DNA of 60,573 bases, taken from a virus. Its lineage: Duplodnaviria; Caudoviricetes. The notes beneath the pieces were generated by a model. The model searched no databases. It was given only the letters and a program-made list of their open reading frames with translations, and was not told where the DNA came from. Each line of letters starts with the position of its first letter. The first letter of the stretch is position 1. The DNA lies in the IMG/VR virus record IMGVR_UViG_3300042889_001694, positions 1 through 60,573 of that record; one strand, written 5' to 3'. This document shows, piece by piece, positions 29,659-37,961 of this stretch. The position numbers were made by a program, and so were the translations under genes.

Positions 29659-29955
29659 GTGAAAACTCAATTTGTACTGGCCACCTTTAACATACGCTGT
29701 CAATGGGCAGAAAAACCACCTGTGTTTCGTGTTTATGTAAACGATGAAATGTTTACTGAACGTGAATGGGCCTGGGACAATTCTATTCATTTGAATCAAA
29801 TGCTACAAATACAAGCACCGCCTGGCGAATACAAAATTGAAGTTTGTCCTGTGGGCAAAACCACTGCTGAGTTCATAACCGATGGGTACACCATTGAGCA
29901 TGGCACCGGACGTTGGATTGACAATAGATTGGTGATTGAACATGAGAGCACGTGA
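29659..29955 (+). CDS. Hypothetical protein
   Basis: GTG start 4 nt after TAAATA. Confidence 0.65.
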   Translation: MKTQFVLATFNIRCQWAEKPPVFRVYVNDEMFTEREWAWDNSIHLNQMLQIQAPPGEYKIEVCPVGKTTAEFITDGYTIEHGTGRWIDNRLVIEHEST

Positions 29956-30121
29956 ATTTATTAACGAAGACTCTGGGGCCACCTGCTCGGGTAATATAGC
30001 CACAATGGCAGTACCCATGGGTGAAGTAATATCTAGACAGTTTGACAATTTCAAAACTAAATATGCAAATGCCTATAAAAAACCCTGGGTACAAAGGAAA
30101 TTAAAAAATGCTCGCAAATGA
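29942..30121 (+). CDS. Small hypothetical protein
   Basis: Starts MRAREFINE. Confidence 0.7.
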   Translation: MRAREFINEDSGATCSGNIATMAVPMGEVISRQFDNFKTKYANAYKKPWVQRKLKNARK

Positions 30122-30548
30122 TTTAAAAACGCTACTGGCCTCACAATATGCATTGAGTGTCAAGGCTCAAAACTTTCACTGGAATGTAGAAGGTCCCGAC
30201 TTTGCTCAATACCATGACTTCTTTGCCAACTTTTATGAAGAAGTATACAGTGCAGTTGATAAAATTGCTGAGTATGTGAGAACTCTGCAGGAATATAGCC
30301 CAGGATCATTTGAACGATTTCAGGAACTCAGCGTAATTCCTGGACAGACTAAAATTCCCAGAGCTCGGCTCATGATTGAAGAATTACTCGAAAATAACAA
30401 CACCATGATTGATTTATTGAATCAATGTTTTGCATCTGCTGAACAAGAAAACAATCAAGGTATTGCCAACTTTATAGCCGAACGTCTTGATGCGCATGGC
30501 AAGAACGGCTGGATGTTGCGCAGTTTTCTAAAGGATGATCGAGCATGA
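30108..30548 (+). CDS. dps: Dps family ferritin-like DNA-protection protein
   Basis: 'HWNVEGPDF..YHDFF', 'DKIAE', 'H.K..WML'. Confidence 0.9.
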   Translation: MLANDLKTLLASQYALSVKAQNFHWNVEGPDFAQYHDFFANFYEEVYSAVDKIAEYVRTLQEYSPGSFERFQELSVIPGQTKIPRARLMIEELLENNNTMIDLLNQCFASAEQENNQGIANFIAERLDAHGKNGWMLRSFLKDDRA

Positions 30549-31162
30549 GCAACGACATTAGAGATATTTTAAATCGCTTCAAGCAAGTGGAAGAGGGGCT
30601 CGACGCCAATCAAACCAGTGTCAAGCAACTGCCGGCATTGTTCAAACCCAAAGATATCAGTCCAGTACTTGGCAGCAAAACTGATCCCAAAAATCCAATG
30701 AAGGGTTATTTTGTAGGCGGTGAAAGCATTGACGACGATGTGGAAGAAGACACAAGTTCGTTTGGGCATGAGCTTGATCTTGACGCCAAGCAACTGGAGT
30801 TGGATCCTGTGCACCCAGTAGCCGAAGATGTAATCAGTGCAGTAAAGAAAAAGCTAGGTGATTATCTCAAGACTATTGAGGATGAGATACGAACAGACCC
30901 TGACCTCAAAGACAAGGTCAACACCAACATTGATCACGTGGGCCCAGTTGTCAAAACATTGACCACAGATGATGGTCACGAAATTAAAATTCATGGCAAT
31001 GAAGATGACGGATTCAGGATCACTATCAAGAACAAGCCATCAAAATCAAAATTTGAAAATCTAGATCATGCAGTAATAGCATGCGAAATGTTTTGCAATC
31101 GCCGACGTCAACAACCAGTTGAAACCCAAGACTACGTAGAAGAAAAAAATGATTATCAATAA
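30545..31162 (+). CDS. Hypothetical acidic modular protein
   Basis: ATGA overlap; internal 'VEE', 'VAE' sites. Confidence 0.72.
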   Translation: MSNDIRDILNRFKQVEEGLDANQTSVKQLPALFKPKDISPVLGSKTDPKNPMKGYFVGGESIDDDVEEDTSSFGHELDLDAKQLELDPVHPVAEDVISAVKKKLGDYLKTIEDEIRTDPDLKDKVNTNIDHVGPVVKTLTTDDGHEIKIHGNEDDGFRITIKNKPSKSKFENLDHAVIACEMFCNRRRQQPVETQDYVEEKNDYQ

Positions 31163-33293
31163 CCTATTCCAAGAGAGTGCAGACTCTCGTCCAGATCGTA
31201 CCAAACACATTGTCATGGTAACCGTGACTGATCCGCAAGGCACAGTAGTGACTCAACGCAAAGAGCCAATTCAACGCCGTGCTGTGGTGTCAGCTGTGGA
31301 TCGCAACAGTGCAATTGATTCAGCTATTAACTTTTACAAAAAGCAAGGATATCGGGTTCAAGACCATCACTATGTTGGGCCCAAAGACGTTGATGAGGGC
31401 ATTGTTGGAGATCTAGCATACAAAGCTGGATATGGTATGGGCAAAGTTGCTGGTCGTGGCGTTGCTGGTTACAATGCTGGCAAAGCATCAAACCAACCTG
31501 CACAAGCACAACAAACACCAGCAGTTGCTACTTCTGCTAGCACTCAATCGTTGCCTGCCCGCAAGGCTCCAGATGCATTTGCAGCTCGCCGTGCTGCCGC
31601 AGCCAAGGCAGCACAAGACAGTATGACACCTGTACCAACTGTGTCTCCCAACACGTTGCCAGCAAGCCCAGAAGAAATTCGCAAAGCCAAACAAGCTTCT
31701 GCCACTGCGGCAGCAAACATTGACATGGGTCGCAGTCGCGAACTTACTCCCAAACAAGTGTTTGACCGATTAAAACAGCGCCGAATGGCCAAGCAAGGTG
31801 TTGCAGAAGGCGCAGAGTTTGGCGCCTACTACAGCGAGCAAGTGGCACAACAAATCTTTGACAAGCGTCAAGATATCAGTTCTGAAGAAGAAGTGTTGAA
31901 TCAAGCATACCACATTGTGGCAAATGATCAAGGCCAAAAATCTGCTCGTTATATGTTCAACTATGATGAAGACTTTTCCGGCGACGTTGTGTCTAATTAC
32001 TTCAGTTTGCAAAAGCAAGGTGTGGCGGAAGGCTCACAACAAGTTGATTCACTGGTCACTGACGCATTAAAAATAATGCAAGGCCCAAAATTAAATGATG
32101 CTGTACAAGCATTAAAGACTGTGCTGGGAGATAGAGAATACAATAGCCGTCGTGGCTTTTATAATTTCTATGTTAAACAAATCATCGACATGTATGGTCA
32201 ACAAGGCGTAAATGAAGGCGTAGGAGACAGTCCAGTGGCCGGTGCTATTACTCGCAGAATATTAATGCAACGCACCGACTTATTATCTAAGTACGGTCCA
32301 GAAAAAGTAACAGCCGCAATTGACGAAGTTGCTGACTTTGTAGGTGATGTAGAAGAAATTGGCAGTAGTGATGTAAGTGGTTGGGTTCGCCATGTAGAGC
32401 AAATGTTGGGCAACATGCAGGAAGGTGTGGCGGAAGGCGAGCAAGGCATGAGCCGTGCTGCCAAGGGCTATGAGAAGTATGGCAAAGCAGGCATGCAGGC
32501 CCTGGCCAAGGCAGGTCGTGAAGGCGCTAGTGAAAAGACTTTAGATGCCATTCGCGACCGGCATGACAACTACAATGAAAGCTTGGATGAAATGCGTGAT
32601 CGTAGAGATGCTTATCAAAGAGATTACGATAGTAGTGTGGCAGGTATGGGCAAACGTCAATCATATGCTTATCAACAAGATGGCGGCGGCAACGATGAAC
32701 GTCACGACCTAGATCCAACAGAATGGTACATTGTTAAGGATGGTAAAATGTTCAAAGTAACAGTGTATCCTAACCAAGTACAGTCAGCAATGTCACAGGG
32801 ATTCAGTCCCAGCAGAGAAGAAGCCAAAGCAAAAGCAGGACTAGCAGAAGGCCTAGGCTCCAAGTTGGCAGGACTAAGTCTTGCCGGGGCCATGGCACTT
32901 GGTTCAGCAGGCGCCAATGCTAGAGTTACTCCTGACGGTCAAGGTGGCTATACCGGTGGGTTAAAGCCAACTGCAACAATGACCGCCCCATCAGACAACA
33001 AACCAGCAGCAGAAGCACCAAAAGGTTTTAGCAAAGAATATCTACAAAAAGCCGCAGATCCAAATCGTTTTGGTAGATACATGATCAGTGTTGAAAAAGC
33101 ACAAGAACTGTTAAAAAACATGCAAGAAGGTGTTGCAGAAGGCCGTACAACACCCAGCGATTTAAATTTGTGGAATCGTGCCAAAATTGTTGCAGAAAGC
33201 AAGTTTAACGTGTATCCTAGCAAGCAAGCAAACATTTATGCCAATAAATGGTATCAACAACACGGCGGCACTTGGATCAATGGGAAATCTTAA
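31149..33293 (+). CDS. 714-aa modular polyprotein, probable internal head protein
   Basis: At least six (Q/E/A)G(V/L)(A/N)EG linkers separating unrelated modules. Confidence 0.8.
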   Translation: MIINNLFQESADSRPDRTKHIVMVTVTDPQGTVVTQRKEPIQRRAVVSAVDRNSAIDSAINFYKKQGYRVQDHHYVGPKDVDEGIVGDLAYKAGYGMGKVAGRGVAGYNAGKASNQPAQAQQTPAVATSASTQSLPARKAPDAFAARRAAAAKAAQDSMTPVPTVSPNTLPASPEEIRKAKQASATAAANIDMGRSRELTPKQVFDRLKQRRMAKQGVAEGAEFGAYYSEQVAQQIFDKRQDISSEEEVLNQAYHIVANDQGQKSARYMFNYDEDFSGDVVSNYFSLQKQGVAEGSQQVDSLVTDALKIMQGPKLNDAVQALKTVLGDREYNSRRGFYNFYVKQIIDMYGQQGVNEGVGDSPVAGAITRRILMQRTDLLSKYGPEKVTAAIDEVADFVGDVEEIGSSDVSGWVRHVEQMLGNMQEGVAEGEQGMSRAAKGYEKYGKAGMQALAKAGREGASEKTLDAIRDRHDNYNESLDEMRDRRDAYQRDYDSSVAGMGKRQSYAYQQDGGGNDERHDLDPTEWYIVKDGKMFKVTVYPNQVQSAMSQGFSPSREEAKAKAGLAEGLGSKLAGLSLAGAMALGSAGANARVTPDGQGGYTGGLKPTATMTAPSDNKPAAEAPKGFSKEYLQKAADPNRFGRYMISVEKAQELLKNMQEGVAEGRTTPSDLNLWNRAKIVAESKFNVYPSKQANIYANKWYQQHGGTWINGKS

Positions 33294-33531
33294 ATCTGGC
33301 GCAACTTACATTTACGAAAGTCCTGATGGCGGCGACACAGTGTACGCTAGAGAAGCTGGCAGTACTGAGCGTGTGATGATTGGACAAAATACCCGAGCCA
33401 AGAGTCTCATGGATCAGATACAGGAAGACAAACTCTGGGGCAATATTCGTCGAATGTCGGAAAACGATGCTGGCATGGCCGAACTGCTGGAACGTGTTAA
33501 AATTTACTATCATCTAAAGAAACAATCCTAG
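33280..33531 (+). CDS. Hypothetical phage protein
   Basis: 'YIYESPDGGDTVYARE' motif; overlaps the previous gene end. Confidence 0.75.
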   Translation: MGNLKSGATYIYESPDGGDTVYAREAGSTERVMIGQNTRAKSLMDQIQEDKLWGNIRRMSENDAGMAELLERVKIYYHLKKQS

Positions 33532-33605
33532 GTCCACTAGGGATGTAAGGGCGGCTGCTGCCTAACAGAATCGGTTTCGCTACCTGGATATCTGTAAAGT
33601 GAGCA
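33526..33605 (+). ncRNA. Candidate structured RNA (three stems plus possible pseudoknot)
   Basis: UCCUAG/CUAGGG; GGGC/GCCU with loop GGCUGCU; ACAGA/UCUGU enclosing AUC/GAU and GGU/ACC; loop UGCU complementary to 3' AGCA. Confidence 0.45.
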
Positions 33606-33613
33606 AATACTTC

Positions 33614-33642
33614 TTGTATTTTCACATCAATCACTATATAAT
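33614..33642 (+). promoter_or_regulatory. sigma70-type promoter giving a leaderless ahcY mRNA
   Basis: TTGTAT-N17-TATAAT, then 6 nt to the ATG; no SD. Confidence 0.7.
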
Positions 33643-33648
33643 ACAATC

Positions 33649-34950
33649 ATGACTACACCTTTAAACGACTATAAAATCGCCGACATTTCTCTGGCTCCCT
33701 GGGGACACAAAGAAATTGCAATTGCCGAGCACGAAATGCCTGGCTTACACGCTGTATTAGAACAATACAAAAACAAACAACCACTAAAGGGTGCACGTAT
33801 TGTGGGCAGTTTGCACATGACAATTCAAACTGCTGTACTGATCAAGGTGCTGGTGGCCTTGGGTGCAAGTGTACGCTGGAGCTCGTGTAATATCTTTAGC
33901 ACACAAGATCAGGCTGCCGCTGCCATTGCCGATCTGGGTATTCCTGTATTTGCCTGGAAGGGCGAGACGGAAGAGGAATACTGGTGGTGCATTGAACAAA
34001 CTGTGCGTGGACCAGACGGTTGGACACCCAACATGATACTTGATGATGGGCACGACTTAACTGGCTACATTCACGACAAACACCCTGACCTGATTCCCGG
34101 TATCAAGGGTGTTACAGAAGAAACCACAACAGGTATCCACAAATTATTGGAACGCATTGCCGCTGGTACACTGCGGTTGCCTGCTATCAACGTAAACGAC
34201 TCGGTGACCAAGACCAAGTTTGACAACTTGTATGGTTGCCGTGAAAGCCTAGTTGATGCTATCAAACGTGCCACTGATGTTATGATTGCCGGCAAAGTTG
34301 CTGTGGTGGCCGGTTACGGCGATGTGGGCAAAGGTTCGGCACAGGCCTTGCGAGCACTCAGCGCACAAGTTTGGGTTACAGAAGTTGATCCTATTTGTGC
34401 ACTGCAAGCTGCCATGGAAGGTTACCGAGTGGTCACAATGGATTATGCCAAGGACAAAGCTGATATTTTTGTTACCGCCACAGGCAACATTGGTGTTATC
34501 ACACGTGAGCACATGTTGTGCATGAAGGAAAATGCCATTGTTTGCAACATTGGCCACTTTGACAGCGAAATTGATATTGCTGGTATTCAGGATGCCAAGT
34601 GGGACGAAATCAAACCCTTGGTAGATCATGTTACACTTGTTAACGGTCGCAAGATTGTTGTACTAGCCAAAGGACGCTTGGTGAACTTGGGTTGTGGCAC
34701 AGGTCACCCCAGCTTTGTTATGAGCAACAGCTTTACCAATCAGGTGTTGGCTCAGATCGAGATGTTCAACAACACCGATCAATATGAAACTGGAAAAATT
34801 TATTTGTTGCCCAAGCATCTTGATGAGCAAGTGGCACGACTTCACTTGGAAAAGGTTGGTGCAATGTTGACCACATTGGACCAGCGCCAAGCAGACTATA
34901 TTGGAGTAGATGTTGCCGGACCGTTCAAACCCGACACTTATCGCTATTGA
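33649..34950 (+). CDS. ahcY: S-adenosyl-L-homocysteine hydrolase
   Basis: '[10 protein letters not shown]', 'SCNIFSTQD', 'EETTTG', '[11 protein letters not shown]', 'GYGDVGKG', 'GHPSFVMS', 'YRY' end. Confidence 0.97.
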   Translation: MTTPLNDYKIADISLAPWGHKEIAIAEHEMPGLHAVLEQYKNKQPLKGARIVGSLHMTIQTAVLIKVLVALGASVRWSSCNIFSTQDQAAAAIADLGIPVFAWKGETEEEYWWCIEQTVRGPDGWTPNMILDDGHDLTGYIHDKHPDLIPGIKGVTEETTTGIHKLLERIAAGTLRLPAINVNDSVTKTKFDNLYGCRESLVDAIKRATDVMIAGKVAVVAGYGDVGKGSAQALRALSAQVWVTEVDPICALQAAMEGYRVVTMDYAKDKADIFVTATGNIGVITREHMLCMKENAIVCNIGHFDSEIDIAGIQDAKWDEIKPLVDHVTLVNGRKIVVLAKGRLVNLGCGTGHPSFVMSNSFTNQVLAQIEMFNNTDQYETGKIYLLPKHLDEQVARLHLEKVGAMLTTLDQRQADYIGVDVAGPFKPDTYRY

Positions 34951-34975
34951 CATCTGTCACTTGGTGTGTTATAAT
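34947..34975 (+). promoter_or_regulatory. Consensus sigma70 promoter with extended -10 upstream of the replication genes
   Basis: TTGACA-N17-TATAAT with TGn; the -35 overlaps the ahcY stop codon. Confidence 0.85.
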
Positions 34976-34997
34976 AATTTACTAACTAGGAAAACTC

Positions 34998-35258
34998 ATG
35001 GAAACTAAAACCTTTAACGGCGAACAAAAAATTAAATTGACTCAAATCATCAACGAAGGCATGCAGGTCATGCACGAAGTTGACACATTGCAAGGTGGTC
35101 TTGCTGACACTATCAAGGCAGTGGCTGAAGAATTGGAAATCAAACCTGCTGTGTTAAAAAAAGCTATCAGCATGGCACATAAAGCCAGCTTTGGGCAAGC
35201 AAAGCAAGACCATGAATTGCTAGAAACTATTTTGGAAACTGTTGGCAAAACTTTGTAA
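34998..35258 (+). CDS. Small dsDNA-binding protein (T4 DsbA/GapR-like)
   Basis: 86-aa helical protein 'DTIKAVAEELEIKPAVLKKAI..AHK' upstream of the polymerase. Confidence 0.55.
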   Translation: METKTFNGEQKIKLTQIINEGMQVMHEVDTLQGGLADTIKAVAEELEIKPAVLKKAISMAHKASFGQAKQDHELLETILETVGKTL

Positions 35259-35291
35259 ATGCATGTGGTATCATAACCCACAAAGGAACTA

Positions 35292-37961
35292 ATGAGTTAT
35301 ATTGATGCATTATTTGATCGATCAAAAGATCGTATCCATGTTGTTGAACGACGAGATGGCGCCAGAGAATACCGCGAGTATCCTGCTAACTATGTGCTGT
35401 ATTATGATGATCCAAAAGGAAAGTTTCGTAGCATATACGGCAATCCAGTAAGCAGATTTACCAGCCGCAGTAATAAAGAGTTTCGAAAAGAAGTTAGCTC
35501 ACATTCTAGCAAACAAATTTACGAGTCAGACATCAATCCCATCTTTAGATGTCTTGAGGACAACTACAAAGGACAAGATGGGCCCAAGCTTCACACAGCA
35601 TTCTTTGACATTGAAGTTGACTTTGATCCTGAACGAGGATTCAGTCGCCCTGACGATCCGTTCAATCCCATAACTGCTATTTCGATATACCTAGACTGGA
35701 TTGATAAACTAGTGACTCTAGTGATTCCTCCCAAGGGTATGAGTATGGAAACAGCCAAGGAAATCAGCGCAGTTTTTCCCGATTGTTTTGTGTTTGAGTC
35801 TGAAGCTGATTTGTTGAATACATTTCTAAATGTAATTGAAGATGCTGATGTGCTCAGTGGCTGGAATTCAGAAGGATATGATATTCCGTACACTGTTAAT
35901 CGTGTGACTCGAGTGTTGAGTAAAGATGATACTCGCAGATTCTGTCTCTGGGGACAGTTGCCCAAGATGCGTATGTTTGAGAGATTTGGCGCTGAAAATC
36001 AAACATACGATTTAATTGGTCGTGTTCACATGGACTATATGCAGTTGTATCGCAAATACACATACGAAGAACGCCACAGCTACAGTTTGGATGCCATTGG
36101 TGAATATGAAGAACTGGGATCAAAGACAGCATTTGAAGGCACACTAGATCAGTTGTATAATCAAAACTTCAAAACATTTATTGAATACAATCGACAGGAC
36201 ACAGTGTTATTGGCCAAGATTGACAAGAAACTTCGGTTCCTTGATCTAGCCAATACACTGGCGCATGAAAATACTGTGTTGTTGCCCACCACAATGGGCG
36301 CAGTAGCAGTTACTGAGCAAGCAATCATTAATGAAGCCCACGAACGTGGGATGGTAGTTCCTAACCGTAAAGAAAGATTCACAGATGAAGACACTCAAGC
36401 CGCAGGTGCCTACGTTGCTACGCCCAAAAAAGGAATCCACGAATACATTGGTAGTATCGACATCAACTCGCTCTATCCCTCGGCTATTCGTGCGCTCAAT
36501 ATGGGACCGGAAACAATTATTGGTCAACTCCGACCAGTAATGACTGACCACTACATCAAAGAAAAGATGCAGGGTGGATCAAGTTTTGCTGGTGCATGGG
36601 AAGGATTGTTTGGATCATTAGAATACGAATCAGTACTGGAGCGTCAACGAGGAACTGAAATCACCATTGACTGGAAAGATGGATCATCAACTGTGCACAG
36701 TGCAGCCGAAGTCTGGCCAATGATATTTGACAGCAACCAACCCTGGATGCTGAGTGCCAACGGTACAATTTTCACCTATGAGAAAGAAGGAGTGATTCCT
36801 GGCTTGCTCAAACGTTGGTATGCAGAACGCAAAGAGATGCAGGCCAAGCTCAAAGAGTGTATCAACTCTGGGGACAAGGTTGCTGAAGAGTACTGGGACA
36901 AGCGTCAGTTGGTCAAGAAGATTAACTTGAACAGTTTGTATGGTGCTATTCTTAACCCACATTGTCGCTTCTATGACAAACGTATTGGACAGTCAACTAC
37001 ACTAACAGGCCGAGCTATTGCCAAACACATGGATGCACACGTAAACGAATGCATTACTGGCAAATATGACCATACTGGCGAAAGTATCATTTATGGCGAC
37101 ACAGACTCTTGCTACTTCAGTGCATGGCCTGTACTCAAAGCCGAAGTTGAAGCTGGACGCATGGAATGGAGCAATGAAACTTGTATTGCATTGTATGATT
37201 CAATTGCTGACCAGGTCAACAACAGTTTTCCAGGGTTCATGGAGCAGGCGTTTCACTGCCCAAGAGAAATGGGCAGTGTGATCAAGGGTGGTCGTGAGGT
37301 GGTTGCCAGTAAAGGATTGTTTATTACCAAGAAGCGTTATGCGGTAATGATCATAGACAAAGAAGGCAAGCGCACTGATGTCAATGGCAAACCAGGCAAG
37401 GTCAAGGCCATGGGCTTGGACTTGAAGCGTAGTGATACTCCAAAAGTCATTCAAGAATTTCTAAGTGAGATTCTGAATGAAGTGTTGACTGGTGCCACAA
37501 GAAAAAGTATTATTGAAAAAATTCGAGATTTCAAATATATCTTTATGGAACGGCCGGCCTGGGAAAAAGGTTCTCCCAAGAGGGTTAACAACTTGACCAA
37601 GTACAGTGCCGCCGAGTCTGCTCAGGGCAAGACCAACATGCCCGGGCATGTTCGCGCAGGCATGAACTGGAACACACTTCGACGTATGAATTCTGACAAT
37701 TACTCTATGTCAGTAGTTGATGGCATGAAAGTCATTGTGTGCAAGCTCAAGAGCAATCCCCTGGGCTGGTCGTCAATTGGATATCCCACTGACGAGATGC
37801 ACTTGCCACAATGGTTTAAGGAATTGCCGTTTGATGATCTAGCCATGGAGGCAACTGTTGTGGACCAAAAGGTGGACAACTTGTTGGGTGTGCTGGACTG
37901 GGATCTAGCATCATCTACCAACACAGAAAACACATTTACATCATTGTTTAGTTTTAAATGA
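35292..37961 (+). CDS. Family B DNA polymerase
   Basis: ExoI 'FDIEVD', ExoII 'GWNSEGYDIPY', ExoIII 'YNRQD'; polymerase motifs 'DINSLYPS', 'KINLNSLYG', 'YGDTDS', 'KKRY'. Confidence 0.97.
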   Translation: MSYIDALFDRSKDRIHVVERRDGAREYREYPANYVLYYDDPKGKFRSIYGNPVSRFTSRSNKEFRKEVSSHSSKQIYESDINPIFRCLEDNYKGQDGPKLHTAFFDIEVDFDPERGFSRPDDPFNPITAISIYLDWIDKLVTLVIPPKGMSMETAKEISAVFPDCFVFESEADLLNTFLNVIEDADVLSGWNSEGYDIPYTVNRVTRVLSKDDTRRFCLWGQLPKMRMFERFGAENQTYDLIGRVHMDYMQLYRKYTYEERHSYSLDAIGEYEELGSKTAFEGTLDQLYNQNFKTFIEYNRQDTVLLAKIDKKLRFLDLANTLAHENTVLLPTTMGAVAVTEQAIINEAHERGMVVPNRKERFTDEDTQAAGAYVATPKKGIHEYIGSIDINSLYPSAIRALNMGPETIIGQLRPVMTDHYIKEKMQGGSSFAGAWEGLFGSLEYESVLERQRGTEITIDWKDGSSTVHSAAEVWPMIFDSNQPWMLSANGTIFTYEKEGVIPGLLKRWYAERKEMQAKLKECINSGDKVAEEYWDKRQLVKKINLNSLYGAILNPHCRFYDKRIGQSTTLTGRAIAKHMDAHVNECITGKYDHTGESIIYGDTDSCYFSAWPVLKAEVEAGRMEWSNETCIALYDSIADQVNNSFPGFMEQAFHCPREMGSVIKGGREVVASKGLFITKKRYAVMIIDKEGKRTDVNGKPGKVKAMGLDLKRSDTPKVIQEFLSEILNEVLTGATRKSIIEKIRDFKYIFMERPAWEKGSPKRVNNLTKYSAAESAQGKTNMPGHVRAGMNWNTLRRMNSDNYSMSVVDGMKVIVCKLKSNPLGWSSIGYPTDEMHLPQWFKELPFDDLAMEATVVDQKVDNLLGVLDWDLASSTNTENTFTSLFSFK

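Larger units (their letters stand above)
24873..33143 (+). repeat. Dispersed in-frame linker repeat, consensus (C/G)AAGGTGT(G/T)GC(G/A)GAAGGC = (Q/E)GVAEG
   Basis: Exact AAGGTGTGGCGGAAG at 25738, 32017, 32422; exact AAGGTGTTGCAGAAGGC at 31795, 33127; degenerate copies near 24873, 25086, 25353, 25548, 27039, 32202, 32835. Confidence 0.85.

Noticed and set aside
24873-33143. CRISPR array or DGR explanation for the linker repeats
   Set aside because: Repeats are 15-18 nt, in frame and irregularly spaced by hundreds of nt. No cas gene, reverse transcriptase or TR/VR pair is visible.
33526-33648. Canonical SAH riboswitch upstream of ahcY
   Set aside because: The GAGGAGCG...AGGCUC...CGCUC core is not present, and a promoter between the element and the ATG would exclude it from the mRNA. 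Kept only as an unassigned RNA candidate.
35292-37961. Intein or intron in the DNA polymerase
   Set aside because: The ORF is continuous, of normal length, with normal motif spacing and no splice or homing-endonuclease motifs.
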